Source: a virus
DNA: 64,000 nt
IMG/VR virus record: IMGVR_UViG_3300045918_000157
Coordinates: 22,400 to 86,399 of that record
Strand: one strand, 5' to 3'
The notes beneath the pieces are model-generated. The model saw nothing but the letters and a program-made list of their open reading frames with translations. It was not told the origin of the DNA and made no database searches. Shown here one piece after another: positions 27,365-36,786 of the stretch. The position numbers were made by a program, and so were the translations under genes. Position 1 is the first letter of the stretch, and every line of letters starts with the position of its first letter.

Positions 27365-30262
27365 CTATGGTAAGGTAACATTTTTACCTGACCATTTCGA
27401 TACACCAGACCGTTGCAGTTCGTCAAGGTCGAATATCAAGGTGTCTACTTGTACCCTTGTAGTACCCTTGCCTGCCCTCAAGTACTGAGGTATCTCACGC
27501 ATTGCTTGAATAAATGAATGCTCATTGTGGAAGTAGTACTCCATTCCTGACTGCTTGCAGTGGCCTCTGTACTTATGGTACGCAGCCCTTGGAGCAAGTG
27601 CCAGCACAGGCATACCACCAATCTCTGACAAGTTGTAGTCTTGGCCTTCAACAAGCCTGAGCCTGTCATCTATAGAAAGCTGCGACATGTCGCCCATAGA
27701 GGTCAGCACTTTGATGTACTCTGGACTCATGTTAACTACGCCATCAGAAGACCCTTTCATTACACCGCTTTGCATAGCGGCAAAGTCTGCCTCAAAATGC
27801 TCTTCAAACTCACTCTTAAAAATATCCTTAACAAGCGCCTTTAGCCGTAGCAACCCGAACATTGCTACCGAAGTGTTGAATATCATTCGTGGTGAGTTGC
27901 ACTTCTTAGCCAAAAACTCCTGCGGCGTCATAGTATGCTCTTCCTCAGGCTTGGCTATCATCTTGTCGATAACCTTGTTGTGCAGGCTTTCAAACTTTTC
28001 GTAGAACGAGTCCATGTGCGTATCATGCACTACCTGAGTAGCTACAGAGTGACCTATAGATGTCAGTATGTCTACTCCCTTCATCATCTTCATGTAGTTG
28101 GCAAAGTTGCTGCTGAACCTTGCTGCTGATGGCTTCCTGAAAGAGACAAGTACAGACCTGTCAGCGATAGCATTCTCTGTTTCTGGTGCCTCTGCAACAA
28201 ACACTATAGGCCCTGACATACTGATGCGACTCAGCGCATTGAACGACGACTTGGTTCGGTTACCTCCACCTCGTTGCGTATCGTGCATGTTGTAAGCACC
28301 ACGGAAAATAGCTCTAAACTTTTCAAGGTCTACGGGGTTCATCTTTGCAGGCTTGTACTCATCTAACATAACAGGGATAGAGCTACTTCCACCAACAGAC
28401 TGTAAGAAGCTGAATGGTGTACTTGCCGGTGTTAGCATCTGCGCTTGCTGTTTGTAGTAGAACATACGTAACATAGCAAATGTCATCTCCGACTTACCAA
28501 GTCCAGCAGGACCGTAGATATGTAGTAGCGGAAACTTGTGGTATTTGATATGAAACTGTTGACGCCAGAACGTAGCGACCATCCAACCTACAAGTTTTCC
28601 TATCGCATCGGATTCCTGACTAGCAAATAGCGCCTTCAATGTCTCACGAACTAGCTGCTTATTGCCTGTCTCAGCCTCTATGTATTGCCATATTGTCGGA
28701 GCTAGTGTCAAGTCTGTCTTCATTACTCCTTCAGGGTCTGGATCACCTGAGAACTCAAACTTCGTGTTTGTATCTGTAACAAAGGACGGTGCCCTAACTC
28801 CCGCACCATCGGCCCATACCACAAAAGGGTTACGCAACTCAATGTGTTCTGACGTAGGGACGTTGATGACATTGACACCCTCAGAGTCGATGATGTACCT
28901 TGTGTCTGAGCACTTGTGTAACATGATTTGTAGCACTCCTCTGGCATGTATGTCTGAACCTGTGAATGAGCCTCCATAGATAGAAACCGCACTGTGTAAG
29001 CTGCTTGATCCTGTGAAGTGCGAAGCTGATAGCGTAATCGGTAACAAGTCTCTATCTACGCCAGTCAAAGTCGCCTTAATTCCTACTATCTCTTGTGTCT
29101 TTATCGTTATCAGTTTTACAATGCTGGTAAAAATAAAGTTTGAGATTGGAACATCGCCAGCGTCACCTTTGCTTGACACATATTGCTTACCAATTATTGA
29201 AACCCCATTGCTGAATGCTTCTGTATTGTCAGAGTCAACTAACTCACCTTCAGAGTCATACTGAGGTTCTACAGACCCTTTAGGCAACAGGGCTTTCATA
29301 GGCCCTACGGCATACTCGTATGAGGTGTTGGCCTCAACATAGCCTGCCATGCGCCTTATCTCTGCTTCACGTTTGCTAGGCGTATTATACCTGTTACCAT
29401 CACCGTTATGGGAGTTAATCAGGCCAGCGCAGTTGGCTATTAGAGCATTCTCTGACATGCCAGCATCGCGGGCATAGATAGCAACCTGAATTGCAATATT
29501 GTTGAAGCCAGCGCCTGTAACAACCTCGCCCGCCATAATCTTCTGAATTATGGGAAGATGTAGTTGTATGGTTTTAGCATCAATCGGTTTAGCCTTCTTG
29601 TGAGAAGACCTAGCTACCTTCTGCTTCGCTGCATCGTAGATGAGCGCAAAAGCAGCCCTGAATACTGGAGTACTTACGGCTACAACACGCTTGCTGCGGC
29701 AGAGGTCTTTGTATGACTCAGCATTAAGACCGCGCAATTCAGCAACGGTGATAGGCACCCGGTAGTTATTATTTTCCCGAATGTTGTAACAGGTGCGCAG
29801 CATACGTCCGCTACGTGCTGTATACACCTTGTAATCTGTAGTGTCAGTAGCTAATTTGTAGGCTATCTCTTTGTAGATAGCAGGCAAGTACTGCAGCGGT
29901 ACTTGCTTTTCCATGAACACAACTGGACTAATCAGAATGTGCAAGCCCTTCTTGCCACTCAGGAATATGTCTATGTCAGTTGCCTGTAGACCTTCTGAGA
30001 AGAGCTTATCAATTAACCAGTTAGCATCAGTGATGCTGTCCTCTACATCAACTGAGTCCAAGTCAAAGTACATTGGACCATAGTACTTTGCGCTATCAAG
30101 CAACTCTCTTGTTGGCTTGTCAGCTGGTAGTGTACCTAGCGTGTCAAGTGCGAGAATCGTTGTGAACGTTGGTGAAGCAGCCGTAAGGTCAGCGTCACTT
30201 TTAGTAAGGTGCCAGTCTTCCGTACCGCCTATCAGCTGATAATACTTATATAGTTGTGCCAC
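27365..30262 (-). CDS. Primase-helicase (AEP primase + P-loop helicase)
   Basis: MYFDLD and LSGKKGLHI AEP motifs; Walker A GPAGLGKS, Walker B MLDEY. Confidence 0.88.
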   Translation of the reverse strand: MAQLYKYYQLIGGTEDWHLTKSDADLTAASPTFTTILALDTLGTLPADKPTRELLDSAKYYGPMYFDLDSVDVEDSITDANWLIDKLFSEGLQATDIDIFLSGKKGLHILISPVVFMEKQVPLQYLPAIYKEIAYKLATDTTDYKVYTARSGRMLRTCYNIRENNNYRVPITVAELRGLNAESYKDLCRSKRVVAVSTPVFRAAFALIYDAAKQKVARSSHKKAKPIDAKTIQLHLPIIQKIMAGEVVTGAGFNNIAIQVAIYARDAGMSENALIANCAGLINSHNGDGNRYNTPSKREAEIRRMAGYVEANTSYEYAVGPMKALLPKGSVEPQYDSEGELVDSDNTEAFSNGVSIIGKQYVSSKGDAGDVPISNFIFTSIVKLITIKTQEIVGIKATLTGVDRDLLPITLSASHFTGSSSLHSAVSIYGGSFTGSDIHARGVLQIMLHKCSDTRYIIDSEGVNVINVPTSEHIELRNPFVVWADGAGVRAPSFVTDTNTKFEFSGDPDPEGVMKTDLTLAPTIWQYIEAETGNKQLVRETLKALFASQESDAIGKLVGWMVATFWRQQFHIKYHKFPLLHIYGPAGLGKSEMTFAMLRMFYYKQQAQMLTPASTPFSFLQSVGGSSSIPVMLDEYKPAKMNPVDLEKFRAIFRGAYNMHDTQRGGGNRTKSSFNALSRISMSGPIVFVAEAPETENAIADRSVLVSFRKPSAARFSSNFANYMKMMKGVDILTSIGHSVATQVVHDTHMDSFYEKFESLHNKVIDKMIAKPEEEHTMTPQEFLAKKCNSPRMIFNTSVAMFGLLRLKALVKDIFKSEFEEHFEADFAAMQSGVMKGSSDGVVNMSPEYIKVLTSMGDMSQLSIDDRLRLVEGQDYNLSEIGGMPVLALAPRAAYHKYRGHCKQSGMEYYFHNEHSFIQAMREIPQYLRAGKGTTRVQVDTLIFDLDELQRSGVSKWSGKNVTLP

Positions 30263-30281
30263 TTCGGGACTCCTAATCTAC

Positions 30282-30770
30282 TTATATAGTCTGAATAGCC
30301 CTTGGGTAGTAGTGCTGAAATGTAGCGTACTCAAGTACGTATACATTACCGCGTTCTTTCGGTGACATAGGGTTAGAGAGAGTTCGATAGGCAAGATTAA
30401 ACTTGACGTTAAATCTCCCACGATGCTGATTGAAGTCGATAGTAGTGTGTTGGACATGCCACAAGAAACAGCTTGGTGCTATCTCAAGTGGTGCATGACC
30501 AACCCACTGTTCTCTACCGCTGGAGTCAACCCACATAGAGGCTGTACCTGTGCGAAGACCGACCTTGAAGTCTTGACAGGTGTACACATTAAGCACATCA
30601 GCAGTGCCATTGTCAGTAGTGAAGGCCACTAACTGTTTACCTTGGAAGGCCTGAAACTTATGCCCACTACGGCACGCATACCAGCGATCTAAGGCGTCAG
30701 GTTTTAAAGTACTAGCAAAGTGGTTGCCAAAAGTCAACTCGTCAGCTAGGCTTATTACAGCATTAGTCAT
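30282..30770 (-). CDS. Hypothetical protein, first gene of the replication operon
   Basis: 162-aa ORF co-oriented with the primase-helicase. Confidence 0.6.
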   Translation of the reverse strand: MTNAVISLADELTFGNHFASTLKPDALDRWYACRSGHKFQAFQGKQLVAFTTDNGTADVLNVYTCQDFKVGLRTGTASMWVDSSGREQWVGHAPLEIAPSCFLWHVQHTTIDFNQHRGRFNVKFNLAYRTLSNPMSPKERGNVYVLEYATFQHYYPRAIQTI

Positions 30771-31099
30771 TTATAGGTACTTATCTACTACTTGTGAAGC
30801 ACCTCTGGTGCTAGGTTCGTTGCTCGGACCGAGATTGTAAGACCTTACCTACATGTTTGTGTACTATATGACGTACTCAATATGCAGATAGTCCAGTACT
30901 ATGCTAGACAAAACCAAATTTAGTTAAGTCCAAGCAAGCATTTACGGTCGGGCTGAGTGTTAGCTTAGAATGTCAGGCAGCGGTACACCTAAGATTAGCT
31001 GGTGATACAGACTATCCTTAGGTACGTGGCTTAACTTGCTGCTGTTTCTGAGCGGCCAAAGACTGCCTGTTGAGGCATGTGGTAATTTCGGCATAGCAT

Positions 31100-31201
31100 A
31101 GCTCCGCAGTCAGGTGGGCCAACTCCGGTGAATGTTGCCGGGCGGCTCGACCTGACGGTCATAGAAATCGGCTCGGAATTGGCCCGCCTGACTACGGAAC
31201 T
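31100..31201 (-). ncRNA. Candidate structured ncRNA (27-bp closing stem)
   Basis: Arms 31101-31127 and 31174-31200 pair; 3 of 4 non-Watson-Crick positions are G-U on the - strand. Confidence 0.45.
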
Positions 31202-31246
31202 GCAAAAACTGAGCCACCAATTACGCCATTCACGGCGTGAAAAACA

Positions 31247-32704
31247 TTATAGACCCAAAAGGGATTTTCGCAGACTTTCTTTTGTAACCTCTACCTGAAC
31301 CGCACAATCATCGTTTCGTAACAGGTGCTCTAACAGTCGTTCCTGTATTGTTCCAAGTGCAACCCCGATGCGTTGCGTGGGAATATTCTTCTGGCCCATT
31401 CTATCTATCCTTCCTAGGGCTTGCCTCATATATATAGGTACCGTTGTCAATTCAAAGAACAGGCTCTCCCAACACACCTCCTGTGGGTTCAACCCTGCAC
31501 CAGCCGACTGATACTGCGCTACCAGTATACGTGTATTGGGGTCGTGCATAAACGCCTCTACAGACTTCTCCGCATTGGACCCGCCATAGGCAGCAACTGC
31601 TCTGTACCCCTTGTTCAATAGGTACTCAGTTACCCTGCCCGATGTCATCTTGTAGTTGGTCCATACGATCAGCTTACTGGCATCAAGTTCGTTACACCTT
31701 GTCTGCTCAATCGTTAGATCAAGCAGGTCAAAGGTGGTGGACCTCTTCTTCGGGTCATTGCTAAAGTGTTCAAAGTTAGCAACAATCTGTTGTAGAGCGT
31801 GATGCAGTCTGGTTGCCGTTGATGCGTCGATCTTTTCTCCGTTGTCAAACTTTAGCATTTGCTCGTCAACAAGCTTTTCATACAAGTCGGAATGCTCATT
31901 GCTAAGCTCATACGTGCAGTCAGGAAAGTTTGGCGGGTTGTTATACCCGTGCAGTTGAAGCTTGCTTCTAGTGATGGTCTGCAAAGCAAAGTCCCTAGCC
32001 ATCAGATTAAGATGCTGATAGGCTATGGGCTTCTTGAAGAAGTCCTTCTCAGCTACATACATATTCTCGAACTGCCCATAACTCCGGTAGAGTTCTGGCG
32101 TCTTCAAAGTTATGTATGCGTATGCGTCAAGTGGTTTGCTGATAGGTGTTCCGGTAAGCATCTGCAACGACTCACCAAGTGTCATTGCTTGTATGTTACC
32201 GAACAGCTTTGACTCTATGTTCTTCAGTGCGTGTGCCTCATCCAGTATAACCTCTGCATGATTACGCCGGCGAAACTCAAGCTTCAGCCTTGCGTAATCA
32301 ATTCGGTATAGTGAATGACTAACTACAACCCAACGAGCGCCGCTGATCTCAATTTCTCTACGCTCTTTTGGGTTGCCTCGGTACGTAACAACCTTGGACG
32401 AAACTTTATTGAGCCACCTCACCCAAGGTGTTATCAGGATTGGCGGCACCGCAACGATAGTGAAATCGTGGCCTCTCATGAGAGAGACAGCTGTACTTAC
32501 TACGGTCTTGCCACCACCTACAGCATAGAAGTTCCCGCTAACATTCAGCTGCGAAAACTCATTAACGTCTTCAACTTGCAGGGGTGATAGTGTAAAGCCG
32601 CACCTTTCGCTGAATCCATACGCTGCATCAAACTCCGCGAACGTCTTGTAGACCGAGTTGGGCTTGTACTTGGGTAAGTTCTGGACTTCCATTACAGTTG
32701 ACAT
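31247..32704 (-). CDS. SNF2/SF2 DNA helicase
   Basis: VGGGKT, ILDEAH, LTGTP, SAGAGLN, QALGRIDRMGQ. Confidence 0.92.
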   Translation of the reverse strand: MSTVMEVQNLPKYKPNSVYKTFAEFDAAYGFSERCGFTLSPLQVEDVNEFSQLNVSGNFYAVGGGKTVVSTAVSLMRGHDFTIVAVPPILITPWVRWLNKVSSKVVTYRGNPKERREIEISGARWVVVSHSLYRIDYARLKLEFRRRNHAEVILDEAHALKNIESKLFGNIQAMTLGESLQMLTGTPISKPLDAYAYITLKTPELYRSYGQFENMYVAEKDFFKKPIAYQHLNLMARDFALQTITRSKLQLHGYNNPPNFPDCTYELSNEHSDLYEKLVDEQMLKFDNGEKIDASTATRLHHALQQIVANFEHFSNDPKKRSTTFDLLDLTIEQTRCNELDASKLIVWTNYKMTSGRVTEYLLNKGYRAVAAYGGSNAEKSVEAFMHDPNTRILVAQYQSAGAGLNPQEVCWESLFFELTTVPIYMRQALGRIDRMGQKNIPTQRIGVALGTIQERLLEHLLRNDDCAVQVEVTKESLRKSLLGL

Positions 32705-33041
32705 TTGTTTGCATCCAGTTCTTAAACTCTTCTTCAGTGAATAACGTTAGCCACGATGAGAGTGGATGCTTCTCTACTTCAACCCTTGACAGCCTTCCGC
32801 ATGTAACCAATACATCAATGGCTTTTCGGTGGTCCTCAATAGTGGATAGTTCGCCGTTAACAGCGACGTACATCAAGTTGAATGCACCGGGACACTGCAT
32901 GGCAATGATACCAACACCAACCGGCTTACCAGACTCGGGGTGCGGCAGCACGTATGCCGATGGATGTTTTGGGGACCAATGGAACTTGGCAAGTTTTCGG
33001 ACAAGCTCCCTTATTTGCAGGTCGATAGTGTCGGGTGTCAT
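32628..33041 (-). CDS. Hypothetical protein
   Basis: ORF between ligase and helicase with ATGA coupling. Confidence 0.55.
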   Translation of the reverse strand: MTPDTIDLQIRELVRKLAKFHWSPKHPSAYVLPHPESGKPVGVGIIAMQCPGAFNLMYVAVNGELSTIEDHRKAIDVLVTCGRLSRVEVEKHPLSSWLTLFTEEEFKNWMQTNVNCNGSPELTQVQAQLGLQDVRGV

Positions 33042-34000
33042 GCTCGTTCCTTAGGGTTACCACCAACCCAATCACATACATCTTCAGGGTTCATATCAGC
33101 CTTATCTCGCCATCCTATCCACCGTCCATGGCGGGCACCGTCATTAGTCATAGCACCATAGCTCATGCTGCGGTACTTAAGGTAGCCACCCTTACGGTGA
33201 AGCGGGTTAAGCACATAAGCCTCCCACTCTGCTATGCGCTCAGCGTGCGTCATCTTGCCAGCGCCAACCTTGAAGATAGTGTTTGTCAGTACGTCGCGCA
33301 CTCTATAGCCGCCAACCATCCCCTTACCAGACTTGTTTTCCGCGTGTGTGCTTCGCTTTGTTTCGCCTACATCGTTGGTATAAGCCTCGTTCTCATTTAG
33401 CATAGCCTCTAGTGTCTCAAGGATTTCACCCTCAAAGTCTTCCTCAGGCTTGAGTTTGATTTGCTCCTGACTCTTTGGCGTAGCCTTTCCGTACTTGTAC
33501 AGGCCGTCAGGGTCAACCAAGATTGCACCCTCGTAGCCTTCTGACAGGTACTTCTCGTACAATTCAAGCATCTGCTCATCATTGCTTACTATGTCTTGCT
33601 CAACAAAGATAATGCGAGGGTTATCCAGTGCAATGCAGACAGTTTTAAGCCAGGCCTTGCGCGCGATTGCAACATCACTACTGTTGCACAAGTCAAACAC
33701 ATAGAAGGCAAACTCTGGTGTACCATTCTGAGTCATGACAGCGCTGAATGTCGTACCGTAGCAAGTCTCAATGTCAGGCTTGCCACTGATCAACTCACCG
33801 TCAATACCATTAGGTACGTTAGACTCTAACCATACCCGCATGTGGTGGTTTGGGATTGGTTTGCCGCTCTTTGTGACGGCCTTGCCTTGGTGTAGGCAAC
33901 AGCGTATGCCGTCGAGCTTACGCGACATCAGTCTAGGATAGCGGATTGGATGCTCTGCCGTGGGTGCTACGCTTCGCATCGGCTTGAATACTTTTACCAT
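33038..34000 (-). CDS. ATP-dependent DNA ligase
   Basis: KLDGIR, IDGEL, FYVFD, EGYEGAIL, KLKP motifs. Confidence 0.93.
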   Translation of the reverse strand: MVKVFKPMRSVAPTAEHPIRYPRLMSRKLDGIRCCLHQGKAVTKSGKPIPNHHMRVWLESNVPNGIDGELISGKPDIETCYGTTFSAVMTQNGTPEFAFYVFDLCNSSDVAIARKAWLKTVCIALDNPRIIFVEQDIVSNDEQMLELYEKYLSEGYEGAILVDPDGLYKYGKATPKSQEQIKLKPEEDFEGEILETLEAMLNENEAYTNDVGETKRSTHAENKSGKGMVGGYRVRDVLTNTIFKVGAGKMTHAERIAEWEAYVLNPLHRKGGYLKYRSMSYGAMTNDGARHGRWIGWRDKADMNPEDVCDWVGGNPKERA

Positions 34001-34013
34001 ACTTATTCCTTAC

Positions 34014-34181
34014 TTATGTTACTCTGTTCCAAATAGCTTCAAGCTTCTCTATCTGCTTGACAGACAGGCCATTGCCCCTACTAAACTGGACTCCGATTGA
34101 GTCTATAAAACCTCGCTCCCAATCTGACAATTTAGATTCACGTTCCTCGCAGTCGTGTATCATTGCCTCTATCTCATCCAC
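34014..34181 (-). CDS. Small phage protein (LSDWERGFIDSI...LSVKQ type)
   Basis: AAGGAG RBS before GTG 34181. Confidence 0.55.
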   Translation of the reverse strand: MDEIEAMIHDCEERESKLSDWERGFIDSIGVQFSRGNGLSVKQIEKLEAIWNRVT

Positions 34182-34197
34182 AGCTATCTCCTTTACG

Positions 34198-34398
34198 TTA
34201 GCGTTTAGGAAGTGGGCACCAAGCTTTCCAAAACTTGTCGCCGTGATACTCGCTGTAAACAAGTACCCCGCCAGCGCCAAGCAGTTGAAGCTTGACGCCT
34301 CTAGGGCAGGCATCCATATTATAGTTTACGCGAACGTGGACGGCTACAGCAACAGTCTTATCTGTATTGATCCTGTAATCGTCTGTGTTAATGGACAT
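34198..34398 (-). CDS. Hypothetical protein (DUF551-like C-terminus)
   Basis: CPRGVKLQLL...AWCPLP. Confidence 0.5.
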   Translation of the reverse strand: MSINTDDYRINTDKTVAVAVHVRVNYNMDACPRGVKLQLLGAGGVLVYSEYHGDKFWKAWCPLPKR

Positions 34399-34400
34399 AG

Positions 34401-34490
34401 CTAACTCTTACGAATCCTGAGGTACACGATCAAGACTGACACGTATATTAACGAAGCAGCTATTACGTATACATCAACCGCATCACGCAT
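34401..34490 (-). CDS. 29-aa single-TM micropeptide, not in the ORF track
   Basis: MRDAVDVYVIAASLIYVSVLIVYLRIRKS; fills the gap between flanking genes. Confidence 0.45.
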   Translation of the reverse strand: MRDAVDVYVIAASLIYVSVLIVYLRIRKS

Positions 34491-35025
34491 CGTGTTCGCC
34501 TTTAAGCGCTTTAATCTCAATCTCTTCCTTCTGCTTCTCATCAAGCAGAGGATAGATGTCAACTCCATTGACTTCAGCGCTGACCAAGGTCATAGACTCT
34601 GGATAGTCAGGCTCCATCTGCAGGCCTGAGCCTTGCTCCCGACTACCGCGCTCGGCCTCTTCGTACTCAAGTTCGCACACAACTGGTACAGTCAGGCCAC
34701 CATCCCACTCATACGTGTGGTAGCCAGTAGCAGGAATTGGAGACAGGAATCGGTCTACAATCTCCTGAAAGGCCGGGTGCAAGCCTTGACCCAAGCCCGG
34801 AGCGGGGACTTTTGCAGGTATGGGGTCGATAGCCGGTACAGGCTTTCCGAGAACATCAGCGAGTAACTTGAAGTCATCTCCGCTCATCGTGACCGAGTAA
34901 GTCGTGATCTTTTCGCCGTTAGGGCCTGCCTTGGAGCGGCCTTCGCTGATAACGGCTCCGTAGGCCAGTGCCAAATCGAAGGCTGTGTCTGCTGATCTGG
35001 TCAACTGTATGTCTTTATGTGTCAT
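34483..35025 (-). CDS. Hypothetical protein
   Basis: 180-aa ORF with AAAGGTAG RBS. Confidence 0.6.
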   Translation of the reverse strand: MTHKDIQLTRSADTAFDLALAYGAVISEGRSKAGPNGEKITTYSVTMSGDDFKLLADVLGKPVPAIDPIPAKVPAPGLGQGLHPAFQEIVDRFLSPIPATGYHTYEWDGGLTVPVVCELEYEEAERGSREQGSGLQMEPDYPESMTLVSAEVNGVDIYPLLDEKQKEEIEIKALKGEHDA

Positions 35026-35147
35026 TACTATCTACCTTTGAGGTTACATTTAAATTACTGCTGATGCTGTGACTAATTATCGTTACCTTTGCTTGGGCTG
35101 TGCTGTGAGTGAGTATCCAATCTTTGATAAGTCCAATATTTGAAAAC

Positions 35148-35172
35148 AAAAAAGGCCTCGAATGAGGCCTTT
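35148..35172 (-). terminator. Rho-independent terminator
   Basis: AAAGGCCTC-GAAT-GAGGCCTTT with a U-run on the - strand. Confidence 0.7.
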
Positions 35173-35189
35173 AGTGTGCGTATCTGGTG

Positions 35190-35569
35190 TCAGATGGTAG
35201 GGTCTTTAGTTTCCTCCAACGGACTCAGAAAATGTGGGTAATACTCTACGATGTTGTCGTTATCGTCCAAGTCCCAACAGGATTGGCAACCGTGACAGAC
35301 AAAGCCTTTAAAGGTCTTGCCTTCGTGTGTGAACGTTTGCTCACCTCTAAGCTTCTTTTTGCACAGTTCTTCGTAGGTCACACCACCTCCTTTAGTGGGT
35401 CCATTGCATTAAGGCGCACAGCAACCTTCTCTGCATCGCCCTCAAAGTAGTACATCTTGCCAATCATGTTGTCATGTAAGGCGTCGTGTACTTGGTACAT
35501 ACCAGCGTTAACTGGCGTAGGGACTAGTCGTACTGTGTATCTCATTTGTGTCTCCTTAGTTTCAGGCAA
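35190..35569 (-). CDS. Two small hypothetical proteins (35378-35569; 35190-35381 with CxxCxxC)
   Basis: Overlapping start/stop codons; ORF track. Confidence 0.5.
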
Positions 35570-35780
35570 GCTCTAGCCGTTTTTCAACTCTCATTAGCCT
35601 ATCTGAGAGTCTGTCTATACTCTGTTGCATCCGATTGAAGTCGCTGTGTAAGTACGACAAACCTGACTCAACCTGAGATAGTCTTGCTACTATGTCAGTT
35701 TGAGAATGCTCCACACGATCCAGCGTGGCCTGAAAATGCTTCAAGTGTTCAAGCATTAGGTTTTCTATTTCGCCTGTCAT
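35562..35780 (-). CDS. Small coiled-coil protein
   Basis: ENLMLEHLK...IDRLSDRLMRVEKRLELA heptads; AGGAG RBS. Confidence 0.6.
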   Translation of the reverse strand: MTGEIENLMLEHLKHFQATLDRVEHSQTDIVARLSQVESGLSYLHSDFNRMQQSIDRLSDRLMRVEKRLELA

Positions 35781-35788
35781 ACGTACTC

Positions 35789-35947
35789 CTAGAAAAATTG
35801 CTTTATCAAAATAGCTGTCACAAGGGCTATAACTGCACCTAGCATCCAGTGTGCCTTGTCGAACTTGGCATCGAATTTAGCATCAAGCCTCTCAAGTGCT
35901 GCGTCAAGTCTTACGATGTCAGCCTTGGTTGCCAACTTTGAGTCCAT
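35789..35947 (-). CDS. DUF1640/CCDC90-like short coiled coil + TM protein
   Basis: LATKADIVRL...WMLGAVIALVTAILIK; AAAGGA RBS. Confidence 0.6.
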   Translation of the reverse strand: MDSKLATKADIVRLDAALERLDAKFDAKFDKAHWMLGAVIALVTAILIKQFF

Positions 35948-36181
35948 AGCTGTTCCTTTTGCCGATGTTAGTACCGCTCTACAATCTCTCATCTAGCTTG
36001 TTAACCTATGAACGTCCTCCCGAAGGCTTTAGAGGCGTTTTAAGGGCCTGCGGAGGGTTCAAGCCACAGCCATATTGGGACAAGAAATTGAGGGCCTTGG
36101 GCGTCGATCTGGAGGCCGTCCAGATTTGAAAACGCTCCGGTAATTCTTGCAATCTAGCCTTTTCCGTACCAGAACCACGAA

Positions 36182-36275
36182 ATTTGACTTCAAGTATTCT
36201 ATCAGTCAAATCGTCAAGACTGCATGGTGAGGCAGCCATGCAGTCTTGCAGTCAAACAGTCAAGCTGCCATGCCA
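36182..36275. repeat. Centromere-like repeat cluster downstream of the partition operon
   Basis: 13-bp inverted repeat CAAGACTGCATGG/CCATGCAGTCTTG and 8-bp periodic units CATGCAGT CTTGCAGT CAAACAGT CAAGCTGC. Confidence 0.65.
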
Positions 36276-36497
36276 TCAGAATCTCAGGCCGCGCTTGGCG
36301 AAGTCAGCCTCAATCAGGCCCATGACATAGCGCTGTATCTTGGTTCTCTCTGCTGTAGTCAGGTGGATGACATGCTCCCACTGGACCCTGTTCATGCGCA
36401 GGGTCAGGTTTACGACATCACCCGGCAGCTTGGCTGGCTTTTCCTCCCTGACAGGTGGAGGAACTTTCATGAAGTCTAAAAGACTTGGCTTAGCCAT
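36276..36497 (-). CDS. ParG-like ribbon-helix-helix centromere-binding protein
   Basis: Flexible N-terminus, then VVNLTLRM strand plus two helices; downstream of parA. Confidence 0.68.
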   Translation of the reverse strand: MAKPSLLDFMKVPPPVREEKPAKLPGDVVNLTLRMNRVQWEHVIHLTTAERTKIQRYVMGLIEADFAKRGLRF

Positions 36498-36498
36498 A

Positions 36499-36786
36499 TC
36501 AAACTCCAACCATGTGCTTAACTAACAGACTATCGTACAAAGTGTAAGCCTGCTCAAACTTCCAAGCTAACAAGTCAAGTGTCTTGGACTTCTCTATCTC
36601 TACGCTAAAAGGATTAGAGATAGGCCCACTACGGCTTGGCCTAAGCTTATACTCTCTAAACTGAATGCGAATATTTTCGCATTCAGTGTAGCACTTACTA
36701 AGTTCAAGCATGTAAGCAGCCTGCTCATCGGCAGTTAACTTCTTCCACCTTGCATTAACTAACATGCTCCACCCCACAAGCTTCAA
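36499..36786 (-). CDS. Hypothetical protein between parA and the RHH gene
   Basis: ORF track; its end abuts the RHH start. Confidence 0.45.
   Translation of the reverse strand: MKLVGWSMLVNARWKKLTADEQAAYMLELSKCYTECENIRIQFREYKLRPSRSGPISNPFSVEIEKSKTLDLLAWKFEQAYTLYDSLLVKHMVGV

Noticed and set aside
26775-27488. Long + strand ORFs here and at 55925-56698
   Set aside because: Antisense shadows of strongly codon-biased - strand genes, with no RBS or protein-like composition
31128-31298. + strand peptide VNVAGRLDLTVIEIGSELARLTTELQKL...
   Set aside because: No clear RBS, it overlaps the helicase end, and the inverted repeat explains the sequence better; not fully excluded
36006-36239. 77-aa ORF downstream of the RHH gene
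   Set aside because: Overlaps the centromere-like repeats and dyads and has no convincing RBS; more likely non-coding
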